From: an uncultured Chloroflexia bacterium
GTDB taxonomy: Bacteria > Chloroflexota > Anaerolineae > B4-G1 > SLSP01
Length of the DNA stretch: 64,000 nt
Direction: 5' to 3'
Assembly (NCBI GenBank): GCA_963751345.1
Contig: CAVVUS010000022.1
Span: 32,001 to 96,000, forward strand
Shown here in pieces: positions 1-10,058 of the stretch. The translations under genes and the position numbers were made by a program. Each line of letters starts with the position of its first letter. Within the stretch, counting starts at the first letter, position 1. Under the pieces are notes generated by a model. The model was not told where the DNA came from, searched no databases, and saw nothing but the letters and a program-made list of their open reading frames with translations.

Positions 1-299
1 GCAATGGCGGCGCTGACCGAGTTACTCAAGCTCTGGGAAGCCATCGAGGACCAGGAGCGAGAGCTAACCCTGGTGGAGAAGGAGCGGGAGAAGATCTACA
101 AGGCGCAACAGCAGATCCAGGGCAACATGGGGGCGCTGGGCCAGACGGGCAAAGAGGGCGCGCTCCGCGCCCGCTACGTCGAGCAATTGGAGGGCACGGA
201 GGGTGAACTGCGCGCCCTGTCCCAGCGAGAGACCCGGGCGCAGGCGGAATGGCGCGGCTTACGCGCGAGGTCGAGAAGAGGGTGCGGGCGCTGTCGTAG
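1..299 (+). CDS. 3' end of a coiled-coil-terminated protein (possibly DUF4139-like), partial, frameshifted near 250
   Basis: Helical C-terminus (ELTLVEKEREKIYKAQQQIQGNMGAL...RARYVEQLEGTE). An alternative frame after ~250 reads ARLTREVEKRVRALS to TAG at 297-299. Confidence 0.5.
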
Positions 300-311
300 A
301 AGCTTGGCCGG

Positions 312-885
312 TCAGCAGTCAGAGCAGGGATCGCCCGCATCCGGCTGGTACAGCCGGTCTTCGGTCCACAGGGCCGGATTTGAGACAATGTAGGCGCGGA
401 TGCGGGCGAGTTCCGCCTGGTTGCGCACAATGTGGTCCCAGAAGTTCCGCTGCCACACGAGCGTGCCTTGCGTGTGGCGCATATGATTGATGCGCCGAGT
501 CGAGACCGACTGAATGTTACCGAGGATGGCGCCCAAAGAACCGGCTACCACACCCTTTGGGCGGGATAACGTCGCCAGTGCCCATAGCGCTGGAATCCGG
601 ACGTCACTCGCCGATCGACATGATCTCAATCAATCCATGCACGTGGTTCGGCATCACCTGAAAAACATCCAGACGAACATTTGGGTTGTGGTCGGGCATC
701 TCCGACCAAAGCGTCGCGACCACGCGGCCAAACGCGTTCAGGTGCATCGTGCCTTCCTGCACCTCCCCAAACAGCCACACACGGCGATACGTGCACAACG
801 TCACGAAATAGTAGCCCGACGATCGGTAGTCATATCCCCGCAGCCGAATCGAACGGCGATGATGTCGATCAGGATCACAGGACAT
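312..885 (-). mobile_element. REP-associated tyrosine transposase (RAYT, Y1 HUH/IS200-like), split by a frameshift at ~605-630
   Basis: N-terminal HHRRSIRLRGYDY..G.YFVTLCT and HUH motif MPNHVHG (ORF 604..933, ATG at 885). C-terminal SLGAIL, WQRNFWDHIVR and YIVSNP with the presumed catalytic Tyr (ORF 312..629). Confidence 0.9.
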
Positions 886-918
886 AAAGGCATCCTTACC
901 CCAAATGCAAAACCGTAT

Positions 919-1177
919 GTAGGGGCGACGCATTCCGCGTCCGGCCGCCTCGTTCAGGCGCCCTGGGACACGCAGCTACCCACATCGCCACGCGTTTCGC
1001 CGGAATGCGTCGCCCCGCGCGTGGCGGACCACCGCACCCGAGGTCACTGCGTGCGTGGGGGCCTCTGCGATCCGCTGGGCGAGGCATTCCCAACACGGCA
1101 TCTTCCCACGACGCTGCCTTCGGGTCCTGACCATGTACGCTACCGACGCACCTACTGCGGGAATGCCTCGCCCCTAC
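919..1177. repeat. Two REP doublets (REPIN/BIME-like) immediately upstream of the RAYT
   Basis: GTAGGGGCGACGCATTCCG (919-937) pairs with CGGAATGCGTCGCCCC (1001-1016), a 16-bp perfect IR. GGGCGAGGCATTCCC (1077-1091) pairs with GGGAATGCCTCGCCCCTAC (1159-1177), a 15-bp IR. GTAG/CTAC lie at the outer ends. Confidence 0.85.
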
Positions 1178-1317
1178 AGCAATCCTGCTACACCGGAATG
1201 TTCGTTTGCTGCAGGTTCAGTATATGGCAGGCAAAAAGACCTCACAAGCCACGGAACGCATCTCCACTCGCGTTTTCGCGAGCCTGGACTAAGATGACGC
1301 GCAGGAGGCGTATCCGT

Positions 1318-2109
1318 ATGTCCACGATCCAGACAGGCTTGGTATCCGTCACGTTCCGCGCGCTCGCACCGCGGGCCATCGTCGAGCTCGTGGCCCAGGC
1401 CGGCGCTCGACGCCATCGAGTGGGGTGGCGACGTCCACGTGCCCCACGGCGATGTAGAAACTGCCCGCGAGGTGCGCCGGATGACACTCGATGCAGGAAT
1501 CCTGATCCCTTCCTACGGATCGTACTATCGCGTCGGCCACGAGGAGACCGGCCCCTTCGAGGCCGTCCTGGAGACGGCGGTCGCGCTGGAGCGCCCGTGA
1601 TCCGCGTGTGGGCCGGCAGAGAGGGCTCAGCCCAGGCGGACGCCGCCTATTGGGATCGTGTGGTGGCCGATTCGCGGCGCATCGCCGATCTTGCCTCGGC
1701 CGAGGGCCTGCGCATCGCCTACGAGTATCACGGCAACACGCTGACCGACACCGATGACGCCGCCCTCCGGCTGCTGCGAACGGTGGACCATCCTGCCGTG
1801 GGCACCTATTGGCAGCGGCGCGACGACGGCGATTTCGCCCAGGATCTCGCAGGACTGCGCGCCGTGCTCCCCTGGCTGGTGCACGTTCACGTCCAGGCAT
1901 CCGCCGGCGGCGCCCGCCTCCCGCTCGACGCGATGGCGGCGGAGTGGCGCCAGGCCCTCGCCATCGTCGCGGAGACCGGTCGACCGCACACAGCAATGAT
2001 CGAGTTCGTCAAGGACGACACACCCGAGCAGTTCCTGGCGGACGCAGCGGTGCTGCGGCGACTGACGTGCGCTGCTCACAGTTCATCGATTTACTACCCT
2101 GTTCTCTGA
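1318..2109 (+). CDS. Sugar phosphate isomerase/epimerase (xylose-isomerase-like TIM barrel), internal frameshifts ~1400-1590
   Basis: AGGAGG RBS before ATG 1318. Reconstructed GLVSVTFR...IEWGGDVHVPHG...SYGSYYR...IRVWAG...EYHGNTLTD...HVHV...IEFV. Confidence 0.8.
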   Translation: MSTIQTGLVSVTFRALAPRAIVELVAQAGARRHRVGWRRPRAPRRCRNCPRGAPDDTRCRNPDPFLRIVLSRRPRGDRPLRGRPGDGGRAGAPVIRVWAGREGSAQADAAYWDRVVADSRRIADLASAEGLRIAYEYHGNTLTDTDDAALRLLRTVDHPAVGTYWQRRDDGDFAQDLAGLRAVLPWLVHVHVQASAGGARLPLDAMAAEWRQALAIVAETGRPHTAMIEFVKDDTPEQFLADAAVLRRLTCAAHSSSIYYPVL

Positions 2110-2154
2110 TTCTTACATTCTCTGATTCGCTCACTCATCCGAAAGGAGATCCCT

Positions 2155-2924
2155 GTGACACATCCGAAATTGACGGCGCAGTTGTACACGGTTCGAGAGT
2201 TCACCAGACGGCGGCTGATTTCCGCGCGAGCATGGAGAAGGTCGCCGACATCGGCTACACCGCGGTGCAGGTCTCGGCCATTGGCCCCATCCCCCACGAG
2301 GAGGTGAAAGCGATCACCGACGAATTCGGGCTCGCCATCTGCATCACCCACGTCGGGTTCGACTATCTGCAGAACGACATGGAGGCCGCCATCGCGCAGC
2401 ACAAGCTCTGGGCGTGTCCCAACGTAGCGGTCGGCAGTATGCCGCCGGCGTACCGCGAGGCTGGCGAGGCCGGCCTCAAGCAGTTCGCCAAGGACGCTAC
2501 GGAGGTCGGCAAGCAGTTGGCCGACGCCGGGCTCACCTTCAGCTACCACAACCACAGCTTCGAGTTCGCCCGCTACGGCGCGCGAACCGGGCTGGACATG
2601 ATCTACGAGGAGAGCGATCCGCGGTATCTGATGGCCGAGCTGGACACCTATTGGGTCCAGCACGGCGGTGGCGACGTCATCGTCTGGATCGACAAGCTAT
2701 CAGGCCGGATGCCCGTGATCCACTTCAAGGACATGGTGATCGTCGAGGGCCAGCAGACGATGGCCGAGATCGGCGAGGGCAACCTCAACTGGGAGGGTAT
2801 CATCGACGCCTGCGAATCATCCGGCGTCGAGTGGTACGCCATCGAGCAGGACATCTGCAGGCGAGATCCGTTCGAGAGCCTGAAAATCAGCTACGACAAT
2901 CTCCGTGCGATGGGAGTGGAGTGA
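2155..2924 (+). CDS. Sugar phosphate isomerase/epimerase (AP endonuclease 2 TIM barrel), frameshift near 2205
   Basis: AAAGGAG RBS and GTG 2155 giving MTHPKLTAQLYTVRE. Motifs YHNHSFEF, ELDTYWVQ, IHFKD, EIGEGNLNW, IEQD. Confidence 0.85.
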
Positions 2925-3212
2925 CGACCGGCGGACGATGAATCCCCAGATGGATCCGTCGTCAGGCGGCACGACGCCATAGCTCTCAATAGCACTCTTG
3001 CACACGCAGGCGCAAATCCGTACGCCCGCGGCGCAAGTTTGTGGTACCCTTAGGGACATCGTTACCGGGGAGGGACCGGCGCCGTTTCGGATCCCTTGCT
3101 GCGGAAGGGACGCCCCGCCGGGCACACCGCCCGATAACGTCAGCGTTTTCACGGAACAGGCAAGGGCCTGTAGGAACGGGCGAAGGCCTGTAGCTAATCA
3201 CGGAGGAATGTT

Positions 3213-3965
3213 ATGCCGATTCTTTTTGGCGTCGGCGCCGTACTTCTGATCGTCGTCCTCATCGGATGGTTGCGAGATAGTGCCGAGCGCCGGCGCGCCA
3301 ACGGCCTGCGCAAGCAGATTGAGCAACTGGGGTTTGAGTTCAGCAAGGAAGGCGACAACCAGATCGTCAAGGGGCCCTCGCGGTTTTTGCTCTTCTCTCA
3401 GGGCATCTCGGCCGAGACGCGTTACGTGATGCGACGCCCGGCGACAGAGCCGGATGACGCGCCCGACTTGGCGCTTTTTGAATACGTCTTCACCGTGCCA
3501 TTCGGACGTTACTATCAGAACTGGATCCAGACCATCGCCCGGTTGGCAGTACCTTCATTTTCGTTGCCCACCTTCTCGGTGATGCCACAGGCGGTCTTCG
3601 ATGCCCTGGCGACGCGCACCCGCGACAAGGAGCTGCGCGAGCGGTTGCTCGAATCGCCCGGCCTGAAATTCGATGGACATCCTGAGTTCACCGAACAGCA
3701 CCACGTACAGGCTTACGATCGCACGGCCGTCCAGGCCCTGATCACAGATGAACTGATTGACTTCTTCGAACATCACGACCGGCTCTGCATGGAGGCCAGT
3801 GAGACGACGGTGCTCCTCTACAGGTTTGACACGCTTACCAAGGCAGCCGAACTGCCGGCGTTCATCGACGAGGCGGAGGAAGCCCTCCGGCTCCTGGAAG
3901 CAAGTCAGCGAGAAATCGATCGGCAGACCAGCGACACAGCGAACGAGCCTGCTTTGCCAGGCTAG
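3213..3965 (+). CDS. Hypothetical protein with N-terminal membrane anchor
   Basis: 250-aa ORF with GGAGG RBS, a hydrophobic N-terminus and a globular remainder. Confidence 0.7.
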   Translation: MPILFGVGAVLLIVVLIGWLRDSAERRRANGLRKQIEQLGFEFSKEGDNQIVKGPSRFLLFSQGISAETRYVMRRPATEPDDAPDLALFEYVFTVPFGRYYQNWIQTIARLAVPSFSLPTFSVMPQAVFDALATRTRDKELRERLLESPGLKFDGHPEFTEQHHVQAYDRTAVQALITDELIDFFEHHDRLCMEASETTVLLYRFDTLTKAAELPAFIDEAEEALRLLEASQREIDRQTSDTANEPALPG

Positions 3966-3989
3966 CGGTCGCCTGAAGCCGCGAGTCCT

Positions 3990-4025
3990 GTGGCACGTGC
4001 TTGCTTGCGTGCCACTTGCTTGTTC
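3990..4025 (+). terminator. Putative intrinsic terminator hairpin
   Basis: GTGGCACG (3990-3997) / CGTGCCAC (4008-4015) stem followed by TTGCTTGTT, just after the stop at 3965. Confidence 0.35.
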
Positions 4026-4067
4026 TGAATGCGTCGATCTGCCTACTCTCACGAAGGAGGGCACACT

Positions 4068-4890
4068 ATGACGATCCCCGTTGGCGCGGTCAGTCTCGGA
4101 TGGAGCGGCACGCCGCTTCCGGAGGTGTTCAGCGAGCTTGCCGCGATGGGCGGCACGTGCGTCGAGATTAACGGCAACTCAGAGCGACACCACGGCATCG
4201 CACTGAACGCCGGGACCGCGCACCAGATCCTAGAATGGGCCAATGATGCGGGGCTCACGATCCGGAGCTTGAGCGGCTACTGTGACTTCGCGCTGACCGA
4301 CGAGGAAGCGCTGGAGACCGAGATCGCGCGGCTGATGGCGACGTGCCGCGCAGCATCGGAGATGCAGGTGCCGGTGGTGCGTACCTTCGTGGGCGACGTC
4401 AAGCCGGGCACGACGCTGGCGGCGGTGCGCCGCCCGATGATCGCGGCGCTCCGCAAGTCGTGTGCGCTCGCCGGGGTGCTCGGCGTGACCCTGGGTATCG
4501 AGAATCACGGGCGGCTGATCAACGATGGCCCCGCGCTGGCAGCCCTGGTGGACGAGGTCGGGGTCGACAACCTGGGCTTTACGATCGACACGGGCAACTT
4601 CGCCTGGGCGGGCCACGACGCCAGCCCAGGTGCGTGCCGACTTCCAGGCGGTCCTGCCGCGCGCCGTCAGCGTGCACGTCAAGGATGGCGTGTGGATCGA
4701 GGGCGGCTTCGAGTTCGTGCCCGCAGGCGCCGGAGATCTGGAGATTGATTGGCTGATCGGCCAACTGAAGGCACAGGCGTATGAGGGTCCACTCTACAGC
4801 GAATACGAGGGCACTGCGGACTTTCGCCAGAGCACCCGGCGGAGCATTGCATATTTGAAGGAGGCGGTGGCCCGGATTCAGCCAGCCTGA
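4068..4890 (+). CDS. Sugar phosphate isomerase/epimerase (TIM barrel), frameshift near 4620
   Basis: AAGGAGG RBS. Motifs GIENHG and IDTGNF, then in the second frame SVHVKD, GAGDLEI, SEYEG. Confidence 0.85.
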
Positions 4891-4892
4891 CG

Positions 4893-7358
4893 TCAGTGCG
4901 TCTCCAACTCCACCAGAAGTGTGTCCGCGTCCGCACCCGTCTGCCACAACGCCATCGTGTCACTCCAATAGGCACCCGTGCGCAGCCAGAGCGACGTGCT
5001 GTCCGCGGGCAAGTCGAAACGATGCCGCTGGACGAAGACGTCCCCTGTGCGCAGGACCAGGGGCCAGACACCAAGTCCATCAGCGTTGGCCATGACATCG
5101 CCCTGCTCGGTCACCAGGTGTGCCACGATCGAGAAGTTGCGCGTGATCGGCGCGTCGACGACGCGCCACCACGTCTCCACCTCAAGCGTGTCCCCCTCCT
5201 CCACCGTCGACACGCCCAGGAAGGCCAGCGGCCCATCGACTAGCGCAGGCAGCATCGTCTTCGGCTGCCGTCGTGGCGCAGACACGCGCGTCACCAAGAT
5301 CAGCCGGCCCGAGCTCCGCGGGCACGGCGTACGCGAGGCCGGCAGGCATAGCAGGACCACCTCCCGGAAGCTGCGCTGCGGCCTCGGCGGGCGTTCCCGC
5401 CTGAGCAGGGCTCCCCGCCTGGGCGGGCGTCCACTCGTAGAGCGCAAAGGGCGAGGAGGCCCGGCGATTCAGATACGAGAACCGCGCGGGGGCCAGTGAG
5501 CGCGCAAGGAAGCCATCGGTAGCGACGGGACGCTGGTTCTGCGCTGCACCGCGTCCCGTGCGCATCACTGAGAAGGTCCCCATCGATCACGTAGACGCCG
5601 TAGGTCTGCCCGCCACCGGGATAGAGCCAGGCCTGCGTGCAGTCGAACCCCACGTTCCGCAGATCCGTACGTCCGAACCCCGTCTCGATGGCCGCCTCAT
5701 CCAGCGGCAGGGTAGGCGTGCCGCACTGTGCCACCCACGCGAGTCGAAAACGGCGGCACATCGTAGACCAGCAGGCTGGCATCGATCGTCGTCGCGGGCA
5801 CCCAATGGCGAAACCACTCATACGCGTACAAATCATCCGTACCGATGCCCTGGAGCGCGGACGCGCCGACCAGGTATCGACCGGGGGCCGGTCGGAGCGG
5901 AGTCTCAGGCGGGCCGGTGTAGACCGGCGAACCGCCCCCGTCACTCGCCGCGGCTTCGAATGCAGCTTCCTGACGCGCCGTCCTCTGTCCCCAGTCGAGG
6001 TTCGAGTCGGCCAAATACCGGTATCCCTGCGTTGGCCCGCCAACCAGGCCGCTGAAGAATGCGAGCTCATTGGGAAAGCACCGCAGGACCACAACCGCGG
6101 ACCAGAGCCCCAGTGCCGCAGGAACCCAGCGTCGCCACGGCGGCGCCCCGCGCCACCAGAGCGCGAGACCGCCCCCGGCGATGAGGTCGAAAAAGGGATG
6201 GATAGGAATGACGTGGCGGTACCCGATGTTCATTCCCTCGAACAACATGGCCAGGACATACAGCAGGGGAAAGACCAGCAGCCACACCAGACTCCGGCGG
6301 GTGCGAGGGGAAACAAAGAGCGTGACACCGGCGGCCAGCCACGCGAGTAGAAGCGGAAGGGGATTCTTGATCACGAAAGCCAGGGGAAAATACCACCATT
6401 GAGATTCGTAGAAGCGGCGCCCCAGCGCGTAGAAGACCGACGTATAGCCGGTCAGGTAGAACGCGCTCTCCCAGTAGGAGGGAGCCGGCACGGAAAAGGT
6501 CGTTCCCCCGACGCTTCCCCACTGAAACCCGTAGCCCGCCCACAGTATCAGGAGCGTCAGGCATCCCGCGACCGCGGCCTGGCGTAGGCCCCAACGGCGG
6601 TCTTTCGTCCGGTAGCCCCGGATCACCGCCGAGGCCATCACGATGGCGGCGCATGCCCCCCAGATGGGCCCTGAGATCTTCGACAGAAGCGTCGCACCCA
6701 ACAATGCGCCGGCGGCAAGACTCCACCGCCACCCGCCCGTACGTGACCACCGCCACGCAGCATAGAGCGCGGCCGTGCCAAAGAACGTGACCGCGATGTC
6801 AGACGTGGCAAGCGATCCGTGGGCCAGCAACGTGGGGTCGACGACCAGGCACGCCAGCGCCAGCAACCCCGCAGGACGTCCGAAGAGCTGACGAGCCCAA
6901 CGCGTGATCAGCGCTGCCAGCAGAAAGCTCAGCCAGATGGTGGGCATCCGGGTCAAGAAGACGGCACGGTCGAAGTCGGGCAGAACCTGCAGGAAGCTCT
7001 CGGCGAAGCGATCGAAGCCATCGGGCCATCCAGGAAGCGTCGTCACGGGAAGGCGGGGGCTCTCCAGCAGGAGCATGCAGCCATCAAGGATGGGAGCCAA
7101 CGGAGGATAGCCGCGCTGGGCAAGCATCTCCAGCGCCGCCGGTCCATCCTCCAACATAGCATAACCGCCGGCCACGTAAGCCGGCTCGTCAGCAGTATAG
7201 GAAAGCGCCCCTGCGCCCAACGTGAGCAATGCGAAGAATGTCAGTAGGAATGCCCAGCTCACACTGAGGACCGGGATCGAGCTCCCCGCTCTCAATCGGT
7301 CGTTCGTGTCCACATCGATCCTTAACGCAATCATGATAGCACATTTGCGGTGAGTCAA
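4893..7358 (-). CDS. GT-C glycosyltransferase (GT39/ArnT-PMT-like), multi-TM, several frameshifts; start approximate
   Basis: TADEPAY, YPPL, DPTLLAHGSLATSD, SKIS, NIGYRH, ADSNLDWGQ. The extracytoplasmic C-terminus continues in ORFs 5300..6094 and 4893..5447 (FSIVAHLV...NADGLG...LRTGAY). Confidence 0.8.
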
Positions 7359-7478
7359 CTTTGCGGGGATTCGGCAAGCCCAGCGGCTAACAGTCGTAAC
7401 CGCACCTGATTGCCCTTGCCGTGATCGGGGGTAGGATGAACGAAGTCAACCGCCCGAACCTACGCCGGGGAGAACTCA

Positions 7479-8436
7479 ATGGACAAGACAACGCATAAAC
7501 CTTGCCTTCGTGGGCAGCGGTGCATGGGCGCGGAGATACCATTTCCCCGCGCTGACCTACCTGCGCCAACACCCCTCGGAGCTGCCCGGCCTCGATCTTC
7601 ATCTGCGGGGCATCTTCAGCCTGGAACCTGAGACCGCCCAGGCTGTCGCCGCCGAGACCGGCTTCGATCGCGTCTACTCGAGCCTGGCAGCCCTTATGGA
7701 GGATCCTGACGTCGATGCCATCGCCGTCGCCGTGACACCGGAGGCCGCTGCCTCGGTGGTACTCCGTGTAGCCGCGAGGGGGGTCCCGCTTTTCAGCGAG
7801 AAGCCCCCCGGCATCAGCACCCGGGAGGCCAGGACACTCAGCGACGGCGTCACGGTGCCCAACGTCCTGGCCTTCAACCGGCGCTTTGCCCCACTCAACA
7901 ACACCTTCAGAAACGTGGTGGGTGCCATGGCCGACATCTATTACGTCGAAGGGCACTTCCTCCGCTTCGAACGCACGGATGAGACGTTCATGATCGGGAC
8001 TGGCATCCACTGGATCAACTACATGGAGTATGTCTGCGGCGAGATCCAGGACGTGACCGTCGACCGGTTCCCGAACCCCGACGGCACGTCGTGGAATCGC
8101 GTCGCCCACCTGACGTTCCCCGGCGGCGTGCGTGGCCTGCTCAAGGTCTTCCCATGCTCGGGCTCCGACATCGAACGGCTTGAGGTGCACAGCCCGCAGC
8201 AGTCGGTCTACCTCGAAGGCCCGCTATGGGACCAGCCGGGGCGCATCACGGTTGATCGAGGCAAGTCGCGAGAGGTGATCGAGACGGACGCAGAGCACCC
8301 TCTTCCCGAGATCGTGCGACTGGGCATTGTGGGGGAGTACGTCGAGTTCTTCACGCAGGCCTGTGCGGGCAGGCCGACCCGCTCAAACTTCCGGAACGCC
8401 GTGAACTCGATGCGGGTCGCGGAGGCAATGGAATGA
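7479..8436 (+). CDS. Gfo/Idh/MocA family oxidoreductase, probable frameshift just after the start
   Basis: Rossmann start INLAFVGSGAWA, DAIAVAV, SEKP, AFNRRFAP, GIHWIN. Confidence 0.85.
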
Positions 8437-8454
8437 AACGATGGAGCCTCAACG

Positions 8455-9763
8455 ATGAGACAGTACTACAAACCGCCCGACGACGACGCCTTTGCGGGCG
8501 ACGCAATGCCCTTCTACCACGACGGCGTCTTTCACGTCTTGTATCTCTTGGATCACGGGCACCACGCGGACCTTGGGGGATTGGGCGGGCACCAGTGGGC
8601 GCATGATTCCTCGACCGACCTAATCCACTGGCAGCACCACCCGCTGGCCCTGGCTATCACCGAGCCCTGGGAGGGCTCAATCTGCACGGGCTCGGTCTTC
8701 TACAATCAGGGAATCTTCTACGCCTTCTATCCGACGCGGATGCGGGATCGGACCGAGCGCCTCGGCGTTGCCACCAGCAGCGACGCGATCCACTTCACGA
8801 AGCACCTCCCATCGCCGTTCGCCCTGCCGGGGCCCGAGTACTCGCCCTACCACTATCGCGACCCCTTCGTCTTCCGCGATCCCGACACCGGCCTGTTCCA
8901 TATGCTGATCACGTCGATGTTGGCCTCGCCCGAGGCCGGCCAACCGGGCGGATGCCTCGCGCACCTGGTCTCGCCGGATCTGCAGACGTGGAAGACACGC
9001 GAACCATTCCTGATCTCTGAGTTTCCGGGCGCGCCCGAATGCTCCGACCTCTTCACCTGGAACGGGTGGAGCTACCTGATCTTCAGCCACGGGTTGGTCG
9101 CGCACTATCTGATGGCCCGCAGTCCGCTCGGCCCATGGATCCGCCCCGAGGTCGACACCTTCGACGGACCGATGGCCTCTGTGATGAAGACAGCACCCTT
9201 CGGGCCGGACCGCCGCATCGGCGTTGCCTGGGTTGGGACGCGCAAGGGCGACCGGGACGACGGTGAGCGCCAGTGGGGCGGCAATCTCGTCTTCCGCGAG
9301 GTGGTCCAGCGCGCGGACGGCACACTGGGCACGCGCTTCCCGCCCGAACTCCAGCCACCCACCGGGTCGCCGCTCCCCTTCCCCGAGACGCTTTCCGTGC
9401 CGGAGGGCCATCCCGACCGGACAGGGACCGACCTCCCGCGCGACGTCCGCATCACCTGCCGGATTCTGTCCCGCCGCAGGGACGCGTGCCTTTGGCATCT
9501 ACCTGGGGGGATCGGAGACGAGCCTCCGGTTTCTCCCCGGCGAGCGGACGGTCAGCCTGGGTAACGCATCCATCCACGACGTCGCAGGGCTCGACGGACC
9601 GCTTTCGATCGATCTCGTGGCCTGCGGGGACATCGTCGACCTCTACATCGACGGTGACCGCTGCTTGATCAACCGGCTGCCGGAGCGCGGCAGTGGCGTA
9701 TCGTTCTTCTCGGAGGGCGGGGCGACGGAGTTCGTGGACATTTGTGCGCGACCACTGTTGTAG
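8455..9763 (+). CDS. Glycoside hydrolase family 32-like (five-bladed beta-propeller), frameshift near 9470
   Basis: GDAMPFYHDGVFH, WAHDSSTDLIHW, CTGSV, YRDP and PECSDLF motifs. The beta-sandwich tail continues in ORF 9224..9763. Confidence 0.8.
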
Positions 9764-9891
9764 AGACGTGCCGGTGGCCGCCGTCCGAGGCGCCGCGTCT
9801 TCCGGCGTGCAGACACCGTCGGATGCCTGTATGACTTTCGTCGTACACACCTTCACGTCGGCGGAGACGCCCCACCAAGGCGTCTCTACAA
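9758..9891. repeat. GTAG-type REP doublet (second REP family)
   Basis: TTGTAGAGACG (9758-9768) / CGTCTCTACAA (9881-9891) IR. The right copy carries its own palindrome GAGACGCC-N7-GGCGTCTC next to TAC. Confidence 0.65.
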
Positions 9892-9959
9892 GAGCCGTAC
9901 TGGTTGCGGATAAGTGACCACCCACAATAGGGTAGAAAAGGTGCCGCACACTCTGTCTC

Positions 9960-9968
9960 TGCTATAAT
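9960..9968 (+). promoter_or_regulatory. Extended -10 promoter element
   Basis: TGCTATAAT about 90 bp upstream of the MraY-like gene. Confidence 0.5.
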
Positions 9969-10058
9969 GGCCGATGACAATCGTCGACGCCGATCATTGC
10001 AGCGCCGCCGCACGCTCGCCACGTTGTTGAGCGGTCAACACACTCAAGGAGAACAACA

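Noticed and set aside
919-1177. Possible CRISPR array
   Set aside because: The repeats alternate in orientation, there are only four arms, and there are no cas genes. REP doublets fit better.
514-2109. 531-aa ORF as a single protein
   Set aside because: It is a chimera. The first ~270 codons are antisense to the RAYT and run through the REPs. The real gene starts at 1318.
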